Counted from the first letter of the stretch, positions 18,366 to 28,999 are shown. The stretch: 64,000 nt of DNA from Gammaproteobacteria bacterium (GCA_965116795.1 OZ220716.1:906503-970502); one strand, 5' to 3'. Made by a program: numbers and translations. The notes: generated from the letters alone by a model not told the origin.

Positions 18366-18746
18366 ATGGAACTCATTCAAGACAGTAGTGGTGGCAACTA
18401 TCATATTTTCGGTTATGGCCAGGGGTATGTACAAGTTAATCAAGATAAATTAACCGATAGCTTTATCATTAGCCCTAATCAATTACTATCACCATGGCAA
18501 GTTGCCACAGCAAATCAATTAACCGAATCACAATTGCAATGTGTTCTGACAATTAATCCACAACCTGCATTAGTGTTATTAGGTACTGGTAATACTGCAG
18601 TTTTTCTTGATCCAACATTACTTAACATTTTCTATCAACGTCAGATTGGGATTGAAATCATGACAACGCCGGCTGCGTGTCGCACCTATACTGTGTTAAC
18701 TACGGAAGGGCGTGATGTAGTGTGCGCGATTATTGTTGAATGTTAA
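18366..18746 (+). CDS. Mth938-like (DUF498) protein
   Basis: LLGTG, GIEIMTTPAACRTYTVLTTEGRDV. Confidence 0.9.
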   Translation: MELIQDSSGGNYHIFGYGQGYVQVNQDKLTDSFIISPNQLLSPWQVATANQLTESQLQCVLTINPQPALVLLGTGNTAVFLDPTLLNIFYQRQIGIEIMTTPAACRTYTVLTTEGRDVVCAIIVEC

Positions 18747-18777
18747 TATTGTTTTCTACGATAGTTTTTCAGAAAAA

Positions 18778-20031
18778 CTATAACGGTGGCCAAATACGGG
18801 CAAGTTTAACCATGTTTTCTTTTACTGCTAACACTTCGATAGGGTAACTCTCGATACGTACACCAATGCCGACAGTTGGGATTGTTTCTAACTGTTCTAC
18901 GATTAATCCATTGACGGTTTTAGGGCCATTAGTGGGTAATTGCCATTGCATTAATCGATTAATTTCACGTAAATTGGCTTCGCCTGCCACTAAAATAGTC
19001 CCATCCGGTTGTGGGTGAATCTCTATATCAATAGTCGATGTGTCACTGCTAAATTCACCGACGATTTCTGCCAAGATATTTTCAATGGTAATTAACCCTT
19101 GAATATCACCATATTCATCAACAACTAACGCACTACGTTGTTGCTCTTTTTCAAAATTTAACAATTGACTGTGTAATGGTGTGCTCTCTGGAATAAAATA
19201 AGCGGGTTTAGTTAAGCGTAATACATTCTTTTTGCTAAATTTGTTGATTGCAATAAATTTTACTGCTTCACGCACTTGTAACATACCTTTAACATTATCG
19301 ATATTACGGTTATACACTGGTAATCGATTGTATTTAGCATGGATAATTTGATTAATAATAGTTGATAACGGTTTACTAATATCAATGCCAACGATTTCAT
19401 TACGCGTTGCCATCACATCATTAACCGTAACCCGTTCCAAATCGAGTATGCGTAACAACATATCTTGGTGATGTGATGAAATATGACCACTAGATTCATG
19501 TACTAAAGTGCGTAACTCATCACTGCTTAATGCATCTACTCGTTTTGTATTGACATTAAATCCAAAGATGCTCAACAATCCATTAGCTATTGCATTGGTT
19601 ATCCAAACAATTGGATATAGCAATTTTAATAAAAATTGTAATGGCAGCGATACAATAAATGCGAAACGTTCTGGGCGTAATGCAGCAACAGTTTTCGGGG
19701 TGATTTCGGCGAAAATTAAAATAATTAGGGTTAACAAAATGGTAGCTAATAACACACCAATTTCACCGAACCAATAAGTGGCTAGTCGAGTTGCTAACGC
19801 TGCAGCAAGAATGTTAGCAAATGTGTTGCCGATTAAGATCACACCGAGCAGACGGTCTGGGCGTTGTAATAATTTTTGCGCGCGTTTTGCAGCACGGTGT
19901 TGCTGGCGTACTAAGTGACGTAACCGGTAACGGTTAAGCGACATCATGCCGATTTCAGAACCAGAGAAAAATGCTGATACTAATATCAATAATAATAAAC
20001 TCAGTAGTAGTAATTCGCTTGAGATCGTCAT
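18778..20031 (-). CDS. HlyC/CorC (CNNM) family transporter, YfjD/CorB-like
   Basis: SAFFSGSE, ILIGNTFAN, FAEITPKT, CBS pair with VVDEYGDIQG, CorC C-terminal domain. Confidence 0.9.
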   Translation of the reverse strand: MTISSELLLLSLLLLILVSAFFSGSEIGMMSLNRYRLRHLVRQQHRAAKRAQKLLQRPDRLLGVILIGNTFANILAAALATRLATYWFGEIGVLLATILLTLIILIFAEITPKTVAALRPERFAFIVSLPLQFLLKLLYPIVWITNAIANGLLSIFGFNVNTKRVDALSSDELRTLVHESSGHISSHHQDMLLRILDLERVTVNDVMATRNEIVGIDISKPLSTIINQIIHAKYNRLPVYNRNIDNVKGMLQVREAVKFIAINKFSKKNVLRLTKPAYFIPESTPLHSQLLNFEKEQQRSALVVDEYGDIQGLITIENILAEIVGEFSSDTSTIDIEIHPQPDGTILVAGEANLREINRLMQWQLPTNGPKTVNGLIVEQLETIPTVGIGVRIESYPIEVLAVKENMVKLARIWPPL

Positions 20032-20210
20032 ACTGTCCTTTGTGTTATTGCCCAGCTTCGCCTACGGCTACGCCGAGGCCTGTTTCTAATTCTAGTGAGT
20101 GAATTGGCCCCGGTCAATTGACAGTCGATAGTGAGAATCCATTGATTTTCAAGTATACTCCGTTGCCAGTTGAGTTTTTAGCCACTAAAGATAACGTAGC
20201 AGAGATCCCC

Positions 20211-21575
20211 ATGTTTGATAATTTAAGTCAGCGTTTACATAAGTCATTACAAAAAATCAGTGGCAAAGGGCGTTTAACCTTTGACAATATCAAAGATACG
20301 CTAAAAGATATCCGCAAAGCATTGCTCGAAGCAGATGTTGCCTGGTCAGTGGCAAAACCGTTTTTGGATGATGTGCGTAAACGTGCAATTGGACGTGAAG
20401 TTACAAAAAGCATTAACCCTAGCCAGACATTTGTGAAAATCGTGCAGCAAGAATTAACGGCAGTGATGGGTGAAGCAAATGAAACATTAAATTTGGCTAC
20501 AACCCCACCTGCAGTGATTTTAGTTGCTGGTTTACAAGGTTCGGGTAAAACCACCAGTGTGGCGAAGTTGGCGCGCTATTTACAAGAACGTGAAAAAAAG
20601 TCAGTGTTAGTTGCCAGTGTTGATATCTACCGACCAGCAGCGATCCAACAATTAGAAACATTGGCTACTGAAATCGGCGCACAGTTTTTTCCAAGTAATT
20701 CGCAACACAAACCAGTGGATATTGCAGTGGCAGCCATTAAACATGCGAAACAACAGTATGTTGATGTTGTGATTATCGATACGGCAGGACGGTTGCACAT
20801 TGATGCTGAAATGATGCAAGAAGTGACTGCGATTCATCACGCCATTGATCCGATTGAAACGTTATTTGTTGTTGATAGCATGACTGGCCAAGATGCTGCA
20901 AATACCGCCAAAGCGTTTAACGATGCGTTACCATTAACCGGTGTCGTATTAACTAAAACTGATGGTGATGCACGCGGTGGTGCAGCGTTATCGGTACGAA
21001 TGATTACTGACAAACCGATTAAGTTTTTAGGCACAGGTGAAAAAACCGACGCCTTAGAACCGTTTCATCCAGAACGCATTGCATCGCGTATTCTTGGCAT
21101 GGGTGATGTGGTGAGTTTAGTTGAAGAAGCCGAACGCCATTTAGATGAGAAAAAAACTGAGAAAATGGTGAAGAAGCTTAAAAAAGGTCGTGGATTTAAC
21201 TTAGAAGATTTTCGTGATCAATTACAACAAATGCGTAACATGGGCGGGTTGACCAGCTTATTAGGGAAATTGCCTGGCATGGGGCAATTACCTGCTGGCT
21301 CGCCAAGTCAACTCGATGATAAGCAATTTATCCGATTCGAAGCGATGATTAATTCAATGACTAAAGGAGAACGTCGCGATCCAACCATCATCGATGCATC
21401 ACGTAAACGTCGTATTAGTCGTGGTTCAGGTACCGAACCACAAGATGTTAACCGGCTGTTAAAGCAATTCAAGCAAATGCAGAAAATGATGAAGAAAGTC
21501 GGACGCGGTGGCATGGGTAATCTATTAAATGGCTTGGGTGGGAAATTGCCGCCTGGCTTAGACGGAATGCAGTAG
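20211..21575 (+). CDS. ffh: Signal recognition particle protein
   Basis: MFDNLSQRL start, GLQGSGKTT, DTAGR, TKTDGDARGG, M domain. Confidence 0.97.
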   Translation: MFDNLSQRLHKSLQKISGKGRLTFDNIKDTLKDIRKALLEADVAWSVAKPFLDDVRKRAIGREVTKSINPSQTFVKIVQQELTAVMGEANETLNLATTPPAVILVAGLQGSGKTTSVAKLARYLQEREKKSVLVASVDIYRPAAIQQLETLATEIGAQFFPSNSQHKPVDIAVAAIKHAKQQYVDVVIIDTAGRLHIDAEMMQEVTAIHHAIDPIETLFVVDSMTGQDAANTAKAFNDALPLTGVVLTKTDGDARGGAALSVRMITDKPIKFLGTGEKTDALEPFHPERIASRILGMGDVVSLVEEAERHLDEKKTEKMVKKLKKGRGFNLEDFRDQLQQMRNMGGLTSLLGKLPGMGQLPAGSPSQLDDKQFIRFEAMINSMTKGERRDPTIIDASRKRRISRGSGTEPQDVNRLLKQFKQMQKMMKKVGRGGMGNLLNGLGGKLPPGLDGMQ

Positions 21576-21685
21576 TAGGTATTGCTCAAATTTAGCAATG
21601 TTTTGTTATTGCACGTCACCAACGAACACGCTAGAATGACGACCTTTTTGGCAATATACAGTTGGATTTGTGAGAGGAATTAACC

Positions 21686-21958
21686 ATGGTAGTCATTCGT
21701 TTAGCACGCACTGGAGCTAAGAAACGGCCTTTTTATCATGTGGTTGTCGCTGATAAGCGCATGCCGCGTGATGGTCGTTATATCGAGCGTTTAGGGTATT
21801 TTAACCCGATTGCTACTGGCCAAGAAATTCCACTTTGTTTAAAAACAGACCGTGTTGACTATTGGTTATCCCAAGGTGCCCAGCCAAGTGAACGGGTGCA
21901 AAGCTTATTAAAAGACTGGAAAAAGCAAAGCAGTCGTGTTGCTGAACAAGCTGCATAA
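21686..21958 (+). CDS. rpsP: 30S ribosomal protein S16
   Basis: [17 protein letters not shown]...[14 protein letters not shown]. Confidence 0.98.
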   Translation: MVVIRLARTGAKKRPFYHVVVADKRMPRDGRYIERLGYFNPIATGQEIPLCLKTDRVDYWLSQGAQPSERVQSLLKDWKKQSSRVAEQAA

Positions 21959-21981
21959 GTATTGATGTAGGTCATTTTGTT

Positions 21982-22500
21982 GTGCAACACCAATCTGTGC
22001 CAAGTGATGAAGTATTAACGGTTGGTAAGTTTGGCAAAGTATACGGTGTAAAAGGTTGGTTGCGGCTAATTTCTTATACCAAACCAGTCACTAATATTTT
22101 TGATTACGCACCGTGGTACATACAGCAAAAAACAGAACAACATTGGCAGCCGTGTGAAGTAATAGCACATCGATCGCATGCCGGTGGTTGGATTGTTAAA
22201 TTGGCAGGTTGTGATGATCGTGATCACGCTAGTCGTTATGTAAATGCGCATATCGGTGTGCCAATAACGTGTTTGCCTCCCTGTGAACCAGGAGAATTTT
22301 ATTGGCATCAGTTAATCGGTTTGCGTGTTGATAATACCGACGGTCAAACGCTTGGTACGGTAACTGAATTATTTGAAACGGGTGCCAATCAAGTGATGGT
22401 AGTCAATAATGAACAATTGCTGCCGTATGTAGATGATGTCATCTTAACGGTTGATTTGATTAACGGTTATATACAGGTAGCCTGGGATCAAGATGAATGA
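21982..22500 (+). CDS. rimM: Ribosome maturation factor RimM
   Basis: GKVYGVKGW, GEFYWHQLIG, ETGANQV; position in rpsP operon. Confidence 0.95.
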   Translation: MQHQSVPSDEVLTVGKFGKVYGVKGWLRLISYTKPVTNIFDYAPWYIQQKTEQHWQPCEVIAHRSHAGGWIVKLAGCDDRDHASRYVNAHIGVPITCLPPCEPGEFYWHQLIGLRVDNTDGQTLGTVTELFETGANQVMVVNNEQLLPYVDDVILTVDLINGYIQVAWDQDE

Positions 22501-23255
22501 TGCGTATTGGTGTCGTGACATTATTCCCAGACATGTTTACTGCATTGAACAGTGGGATCAGTGGGCGTGCATTGCAAAACAACCTCGTTAACCTAGCGTG
22601 TTTTAATCCGCGTGATGATGCATTGGATCCGCACCGTACGGTAGATGATAAACCCTACGGGGGTGGGCCTGGGATGGTGATGCAAGCACCACCATTAGCA
22701 GCCAGTGTACAACGTGCGCAAACATGGGTAGGTAATAGTACGCCAGCTAAGGTGATTTACTTATCGCCGGCAGGTAAGCCATTAACCCAGCAAGCGTTGA
22801 ATCAGTTTGCAACGCTGTCAGCATTGGTATTGGTGGCAGGACGTTATGAAGGGGTTGATCAACGGTTTATTGATCATCACGTTGATGAAGTGTGGTCGCT
22901 GGGTGACTATGTCTTAAGTGGTGGTGAATTGGCAGCCATGGTGATGATTGATGCAATCATCCGTTTATTGCCAGGCAGTCTTGGTGATGCCAGATCGGCA
23001 CAGCAAGATTCATTTATGGATGGTGTATTAGATCATCCGCACTATACGCGACCAGCCGTATACCATGATGATACGGTGCCGGATGTGTTATTAAGCGGTG
23101 ATCATCAGGCGATTGCTAATTGGCGACGCCAACAAGCGTTGGGACATACATGGTTACAACGCCCAGATTTATTGGCTAAGGTAACCCTTAGCGAGACGGA
23201 TGCTGCCTTGTTGAAAGCGTTTCAAGCAATGTATGCGAAAGAGGATAATCAATAG
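22497..23255 (+). CDS. trmD: tRNA (guanine37-N1)-methyltransferase
   Basis: VDDKPYGGGPGM, GRYEGVDQR, SLGDYVLSGGE, HYTRP. Confidence 0.97.
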   Translation: MMRIGVVTLFPDMFTALNSGISGRALQNNLVNLACFNPRDDALDPHRTVDDKPYGGGPGMVMQAPPLAASVQRAQTWVGNSTPAKVIYLSPAGKPLTQQALNQFATLSALVLVAGRYEGVDQRFIDHHVDEVWSLGDYVLSGGELAAMVMIDAIIRLLPGSLGDARSAQQDSFMDGVLDHPHYTRPAVYHDDTVPDVLLSGDHQAIANWRRQQALGHTWLQRPDLLAKVTLSETDAALLKAFQAMYAKEDNQ

Positions 23256-23267
23256 GAGTAAGAAGTA

Positions 23268-23612
23268 ATGACAAATTTAATTGCAGTTGTAGAACAAGCA
23301 CAATTAAAACAAGATATTCCAGCATTTGCTGCTGGGGATACTGTTGTTGTTCAAGTCAAAGTGAAAGAAGGTGAGCGCGAACGTTTACAAGCATTTGAAG
23401 GTGTGGTGATCGCTAAGCGTAATCGTGGATTAAATTCATCATTTACTGTGCGTAAGATTTCTCACGGTGAAGGGGTAGAACGGGTGTTTCAAACCCATAG
23501 CCCGTTAGTTGCATCAATCAACGTCAAGCGCCGTGGTAAAGTGCGTCGTGCTAAGTTGTATTTCTTGCGTGAGCGTACTGGTAAGGCGGCTCGCATTAAA
23601 GAAAAGTTATAA
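23268..23612 (+). CDS. rplS: 50S ribosomal protein L19
   Basis: [33 protein letters not shown]. Confidence 0.98.
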   Translation: MTNLIAVVEQAQLKQDIPAFAAGDTVVVQVKVKEGERERLQAFEGVVIAKRNRGLNSSFTVRKISHGEGVERVFQTHSPLVASINVKRRGKVRRAKLYFLRERTGKAARIKEKL

Positions 23613-23665
23613 TTGCTACCCAGTTCTATTAGGGAAAACGCCATTAGATTTTCTCTCTCTTATAG

Positions 23666-23698
23666 CCGTCATCCCGTGGCCAAGCTGCGGAATGACGG
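23666..23698. repeat. CCGTCAT...ATGACGG hairpin downstream of rplS (REP-like, possible terminator role)
   Basis: CCGTCATCCCG-11nt-CGGAATGACGG; shares the CGTCAT end with the 15498/18182 units. Confidence 0.55.
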
Positions 23699-23785
23699 AA
23701 AGAGGACAGTGGAATAATGAAAACAAAAGACAAAGGACAGCCAATAAAAAAGATGGATTAGACAATTATTACTTACTTTTATAGA

Positions 23786-24562
23786 GTGATTGTTATGACA
23801 TTAATATTACGCTTACTCATTACTTTTTTGACGTTGATTGTATTAGTCCAACCAACGATCGCGCAAACATCACATTCTTCGGCTTTACCGGCTACTAACA
23901 AATACTTCATTGATAAGCTATTACCGATTATTCATACGGTCAATCAACGCATTGCTGAGCAACGTGCACGTTTAATGCGTGCCTATATGCATTTTAAACA
24001 ATATGGGTTGATTAATGTAGTTGAACAAACATGGCTAGCTGATTTAGCGCGTGAATATGCAGTGACACCGAATTTTACTAATGCAGCCACCTGGTACACA
24101 TTGCTGAAACGTGTTGATATATTACCGACATCATTGGTGTTAGCTCAAGCAATTAACGAATCTGCCTGGGGACGTTCACGTTTTGCTAAACAAGCTAATA
24201 ATTATTTTGGACAATGGTGTTATCAACCCGGTTGTGGGATTGTGCCGGCACAGCGCCCATTGGGAAAAACCTATGAGGTGCGCGTGTTTAACGATCCGAG
24301 TTCATCAGTTAAGTACTATTATCGCAATTTAAATACTAATCGTGCCTACCAAGCATTACGCGATAAACGTTTTGAGATAAGGCAGCGAACAGGTGATTTG
24401 GACAGTGTTCAATTGGCAGCAGGGTTAATCAATTATTCACAACGCAGAGATGCGTACATTGATTCCATTCAACAATTAATTACACATTTTAACTTGCAAC
24501 AGTATGATCAATCTTACTATCAACTGTTTGCTTCTTTTTCAGAAATGCCGTTTGTTTTGTAA
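23786..24562 (+). CDS. Bax-like glucosaminidase-domain protein, secreted
   Basis: Signal peptide; LAQAINESAWGRSRFAKQANNYFGQWC, NLNTNRAY, YSQR. Confidence 0.85.
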   Translation: MIVMTLILRLLITFLTLIVLVQPTIAQTSHSSALPATNKYFIDKLLPIIHTVNQRIAEQRARLMRAYMHFKQYGLINVVEQTWLADLAREYAVTPNFTNAATWYTLLKRVDILPTSLVLAQAINESAWGRSRFAKQANNYFGQWCYQPGCGIVPAQRPLGKTYEVRVFNDPSSSVKYYYRNLNTNRAYQALRDKRFEIRQRTGDLDSVQLAAGLINYSQRRDAYIDSIQQLITHFNLQQYDQSYYQLFASFSEMPFVL

Positions 24563-24649
24563 TATCAGATGCTCTATTAAGAAAAACACGATCTTTGACA
24601 ACTTCCGCTCAAAGCTGACATTTATTGGTGAATTGATGATTGATGTGAT

Positions 24650-25645
24650 TTATTGAATCAATATTTTATTCGATTCCCCAGGTTGCTCCATCACATAGCG
24701 CGGTACTAAATAGCCAGGCAATTTAGCTTGGCATTCTTGGATAATAGCCATGCCTTTGCTTTCTGGCACGAAAAAATGGTGTGTGCCTGCAACCCGATCT
24801 AACTGATGTAAATAGTAAGGCAGTACATGATTGGCGAATAACACATGTGATAGTTTAATTAACGTCTCAGCATTATCATTAACACCTTTTAGTAATACTG
24901 CTTGATTTAGCAATTGTACGCCAGCGTTGTGTAGTGTTATTAACACATGACTAATATTATCATCGATTTCATTTGGGTGGTTACAATGAACAACCACAAC
25001 ACATTTTAATCGAGTTGTTGTTAGCAAATAGATTAATTCATCTGTTATACGTTCAGGTAGCACGATGGGTAATCGCGTGTGCAAACGTAGTGTATGTACA
25101 TGAGGGATATCTGCAATCGCGTTAATTACATCGGTTAACACCATGTCAGTTGCCATCAACGGATCACCACCACTTAAAATGACTTCATGAATGTCAGAAT
25201 GTTGCTGAATGTACTCCCATACAGTTTGCCAACCATCTCGCCCAGGATTGTTTTTATCATAAGGAAAATGACGTCTAAAACAATAACGACAATGGACTGC
25301 ACAACTACCGGTCAGTGTGAGTAATACCCGTCCGTGATATTTGTGTAATATCCCTGAGACGGGGTTTGCGTGTTGTTCATGTAGTGGATCAGTAGTAAAT
25401 CCCGGTGCATGATGACTTTCTGCATCTAATGGTAATACTTGGCGTAGTAATGGATCGTGTACATCACCAGGTTGCATCCGTTGTACAAAACTATGTGGTA
25501 CTCGCAAGGGAAATAATTGGCTAACGCGTTTTGCTGCAGGTAATAATGTCGTTGGCAATTGTAATTGCTGCCATAAGATGTCAGGTGTGGTAATTACATC
25601 ACGTAACGCTTGTTGCCAAGTTTGCTTAGTCAGTGTAGTAGTCAA
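24650..25645 (-). CDS. epmB: EF-P beta-lysylation protein EpmB (lysine 2,3-aminomutase)
   Basis: CAVHCRYCFRRHFPY radical-SAM motif, LSGGDPL; divergent from efp. Confidence 0.95.
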   Translation of the reverse strand: MTTTLTKQTWQQALRDVITTPDILWQQLQLPTTLLPAAKRVSQLFPLRVPHSFVQRMQPGDVHDPLLRQVLPLDAESHHAPGFTTDPLHEQHANPVSGILHKYHGRVLLTLTGSCAVHCRYCFRRHFPYDKNNPGRDGWQTVWEYIQQHSDIHEVILSGGDPLMATDMVLTDVINAIADIPHVHTLRLHTRLPIVLPERITDELIYLLTTTRLKCVVVVHCNHPNEIDDNISHVLITLHNAGVQLLNQAVLLKGVNDNAETLIKLSHVLFANHVLPYYLHQLDRVAGTHHFFVPESKGMAIIQECQAKLPGYLVPRYVMEQPGESNKILIQ

Positions 25646-25789
25646 TGATCCAGAATCCAGTTGTCTTTTTCTTAAAAAATAGAGTTAGTTACATCGTAAT
25701 ATACACAAATATTGCCACAATACAAATACTAATGACTATGCTACAATCGCCGCCAATCTTTGCAATTGAAGCATAAAACAGAGGTATAT

Positions 25790-26359
25790 ATGCCAAATTA
25801 CAGCACAAACCAATTTAAAGGTGGATTAAAAATCATGCTCGATGGTGATCCGTATGTGATCATCGAAAATAACATTGTCAAGCCAGGAAAAGGACAAGCA
25901 TTTAATCGGGTTAAAGTGCGTAATTTAAAAAATAATCGCGTGATTGAACGCACCTTTAAATCAGCTGATTCAGTTGAAGGTGCTGATGTTATCGAAATGG
26001 ATATGCAGTATTTGTATAGTGATGGTAGTCATTGGCATTTTATGGTGCCAGATACCTTTGAACAGCATGCAGCCGATGCTATAGCAATGGGAGATAGTCA
26101 ACTTTGGCTAAAAGGCGAAGATATGTGTATTGTGACGTTATACAATGGCCAACCGTTATCTATTGAACCACCTATTTTCGTGCAATTGACAATTACTGAT
26201 ACCGATCCAGGTTTAAAAGGTGATACTGCCAGTGGTGGTACCAAACCAGCAACTTTAGAAACCGGTGCAGTGGTGCAAGTCCCATTGTTCGTGCAATTAG
26301 ATGAAGTGATTAAAGTCGATACGCGTACTGGTAAATATGTATCGCGAGTAAAAAGTTAA
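25790..26359 (+). CDS. efp: Elongation factor P
   Basis: VKPGKGQAF loop, [16 protein letters not shown]; GAGG RBS before ATG at 25790. Confidence 0.97.
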   Translation: MPNYSTNQFKGGLKIMLDGDPYVIIENNIVKPGKGQAFNRVKVRNLKNNRVIERTFKSADSVEGADVIEMDMQYLYSDGSHWHFMVPDTFEQHAADAIAMGDSQLWLKGEDMCIVTLYNGQPLSIEPPIFVQLTITDTDPGLKGDTASGGTKPATLETGAVVQVPLFVQLDEVIKVDTRTGKYVSRVKS

Positions 26360-26371
26360 GTTGTTATCAGC

Positions 26372-27328
26372 ATGACAACCTGGCAACCAACAGCCGACTT
26401 AGCTACATTATGTCAACGTGCTAAGCTCATCCAATTAATCCGCAATTTTTTTAGTGAACGAGACGTATTAGAAGTAGAAACGCCAATATTAGGTAATGCC
26501 ACGACAACAGATGTGCACATTGCTAGTTTAGCAACTTACTGTCTTGTGCCAGGTTACCCTGACTTACAAAAGCGTTTTTTACAAACGTCTCCTGAATTTG
26601 CAATGAAACGTTTATTAGCTGCTGGCAGTGGTCCCATTTTTCAAATCAGCAAAGCTTTTCGTCAGGATCCAAGTGGGAAATTACATAATCCTGAATTTAC
26701 GTTATTAGAATGGTATCGTCCTGGGTTGGATCATCATCAGTTAATCGATGAAGTCGATGCGTTGCTACAATCTATATTACACACATCGCCATCGACAAAA
26801 ATAACCTATCAGCAATTGTTTAGTGACACACTGGGTGTTTGTCCATTCACTGCTAGTGTTGCTGAGTTGCAGCAAATTGCAATTGCGCGTGGGCTGGATG
26901 CTGATTTAGCCATCACAGCAGCAGCACGTGATCAATGGTTACATTTATTAATGAGCCATCTCATTGAACCTGATTTGGGTCGGCAGCAACCACTGTGTAT
27001 ATATGACTATCCGTTGTCTCAAGGTGGTTTTGCTAGACAAAATGGTGACTATACGACAGCGCGCTTTGAATTTTATGTGAGTGGTATTGAGCTTGCTAAT
27101 GGCTATCATGAAATAACCGATTCAAAACAACAACGCCAGCGTTTTGCACAAGATAATCAACAGCGTCAACAATTAGGACTGGGCAGTGTGCCGATTGACA
27201 ATGCATTATTAGCTGCATTAGAACATGGGATGCCAGATTGTGCCGGTGTTGCCTTAGGAGTTGATAGATTACTGATGTTGGCATTACATAAACAGACATT
27301 ACAAGAAGTTATGTCATTTACTAATTAA
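26372..27328 (+). CDS. epmA: EF-P lysine--beta-lysine ligase
   Basis: LQTSPEFAMKRLLA, HNPEFTLLEWYR, ELANGYHE, GVALGVDRL. Confidence 0.95.
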   Translation: MTTWQPTADLATLCQRAKLIQLIRNFFSERDVLEVETPILGNATTTDVHIASLATYCLVPGYPDLQKRFLQTSPEFAMKRLLAAGSGPIFQISKAFRQDPSGKLHNPEFTLLEWYRPGLDHHQLIDEVDALLQSILHTSPSTKITYQQLFSDTLGVCPFTASVAELQQIAIARGLDADLAITAAARDQWLHLLMSHLIEPDLGRQQPLCIYDYPLSQGGFARQNGDYTTARFEFYVSGIELANGYHEITDSKQQRQRFAQDNQQRQQLGLGSVPIDNALLAALEHGMPDCAGVALGVDRLLMLALHKQTLQEVMSFTN

Positions 27329-27339
27329 CTGTAATGTCA

Positions 27340-28170
27340 TCATGAGTGCTGTCTACAGTTTACATAATGTTGAATAAAGCCAATCACATCAGCATAAGCA
27401 TTGTATTCACTAACTAACTTAGCATGTACATTACCTGGATATTGTTTCCATACCTTAGGCTGGTTTGCCTTATCAAATAAGATTTGACCTTCTCGCATCG
27501 GCACCACTTTGTCTTTTTCACTGTGCAAAATTAATAATGGCATATTAATCTGTGCGATTTTATTGACATTATCGTAGCGTTCGCGCAGTAATAATTGTGT
27601 TGGTAGGAATGGATAATGTGCATGTGCAGCACTGCTCAATGAACTGATCGGTGCTAATAAAATAAGTGCGCCTACATCGTGAGTGATTGCCATTTGTGTG
27701 GCAACACCACTGCCGAGTGATTCGCCGTAAATAACGATGCATTGTTCAGGAATATGTTGGTCTTTAACAAAGTCTAATGCAGTTTGTGCATCTTGATAAA
27801 ATGCTGTTTCACTTGGTGTGCCTGGATTGCCTGCGTAACCACGGTATTCTAATAAAAAGATCCCATATCCTTGTTCTAAATAAGGTCGCATGGTAATACC
27901 ACGTTCTGTAATGTTGCCAGCATTCCCGTGAAAGTACATGATCACAGGTTGTTGCGGTTTAGGGGGTGCCCACCATGCTTGTAATGGAATGCCATCTTGT
28001 GCAGTGATTGTGATTGGCTGAAATTCAGCAACACCAACGCTACTTGGTAATGGATTACTGTCTTTTCCAGCTGCGTAGATTAATGCACGTTGCCATAACC
28101 AAACACCGGTGCAAACTATGCCATAGCTTATGATGATTCCAATTAATATTTTCACTACAAATTGTCTCAT
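27340..28170 (-). CDS. Alpha/beta hydrolase, ABHD13/Bem46-like, N-terminal anchor
   Basis: FHGNAGN, EYRGY, GESLG nucleophile elbow, HSEKDKVVP. Confidence 0.85.
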   Translation of the reverse strand: MRQFVVKILIGIIISYGIVCTGVWLWQRALIYAAGKDSNPLPSSVGVAEFQPITITAQDGIPLQAWWAPPKPQQPVIMYFHGNAGNITERGITMRPYLEQGYGIFLLEYRGYAGNPGTPSETAFYQDAQTALDFVKDQHIPEQCIVIYGESLGSGVATQMAITHDVGALILLAPISSLSSAAHAHYPFLPTQLLLRERYDNVNKIAQINMPLLILHSEKDKVVPMREGQILFDKANQPKVWKQYPGNVHAKLVSEYNAYADVIGFIQHYVNCRQHS

Positions 28171-28394
28171 TCCTGTTTACCCAACTATTGTATAAGTTTA
28201 CGTTAATCTATAAGAAAGTCGTTTGTGTTGTAAACCAACTCACTGTAATGAGCTCAAAAATAAAACACACATTGAGTTTTTTTTGCCCAGCCTCTGGTTA
28301 GAGTAAAAAATTAACAAATGGCGTGTATTTGTCATATATTTACAGTAGAATAATCACCGCGTAAGATATATCGCACAACTTTATCAGCAAAATG

Positions 28395-28590
28395 AGGGGG
28401 ATGTGTACAGATAAACCCATGAAGGTAACGCTGTAACGCATCAAAATAAGTAGGGAGACCAACACTAGCGTATTTGCGTTAGGGAAGGTGTGATGGAACC
28501 GTTAGGGAAAACAACACGGTACACATAATACCACAGGTCAGGTTAAGCATTGCAGCGACCAAGGAGTGCTGCCAATTAGGTTGGGACGAC
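28395..28590 (+). promoter_or_regulatory. GGA-rich 5' leader (putative CsrA/RsmA sites)
   Basis: Seven GGA motifs (about 28398, 28452, 28481, 28493, 28504, 28561, 28582); one AAGGA sits in the loop of a GCAGC/GCTGC stem. Confidence 0.45.
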
Positions 28591-28591
28591 A

Positions 28592-28999
28592 ATGACAACA
28601 ACATCTGAACTGACAGAAACATCTAAATCAATCACAAAATCTGAACTGATCGTTAAACTCATCGAACATATGCAACACACAGAGAATTTACTGTCTGAAA
28701 AAGACATTGCAAATGCCGTCAATGAAATCCTCGAATTGATTTGCCGATCGTTAGCACGTGGTGAGCGTATTGAAATACGTGGATTTGGCAGTTTCTGTTT
28801 ACATCGTTGGAATGAACGCCATGCACGTAATCCAGTGACCAGAGAAACATGGCGTACCAAACCAACTTATGCAGTGCACTTCAAAGCAGGTAAAAAATTA
28901 CGTGAACTTGTTAATGCGCGTTTTCTACAAGAACAGCAGGAAGACGTTGAGTTCGTTATTGAACAGAGCCCTGAAGAAGCGGTTGAAGCAGTAGACTAG
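28592..28999 (+). CDS. IHF beta-like HU/IHF family DNA-binding protein with acidic C-terminal tail
   Basis: TKSELI, GERIEIRGFGSF, ARNPVT, HFKAGKKLRELVN. Confidence 0.85.
   Translation: MTTTSELTETSKSITKSELIVKLIEHMQHTENLLSEKDIANAVNEILELICRSLARGERIEIRGFGSFCLHRWNERHARNPVTRETWRTKPTYAVHFKAGKKLRELVNARFLQEQQEDVEFVIEQSPEEAVEAVD

Noticed and set aside
20051-20082. Short GC-rich hairpin (GCTTCGCCTACGGCTACGCCGAGG) between the transporter and ffh, as SRP RNA
   Set aside because: Too short and lacks the SRP CAGG...GGAA...AGCA core; probably a repeat remnant.
24650-27328. epmB-efp-epmA as a novel system
   Set aside because: Well-known EF-P beta-lysylation pathway with the canonical PGKG lysine.
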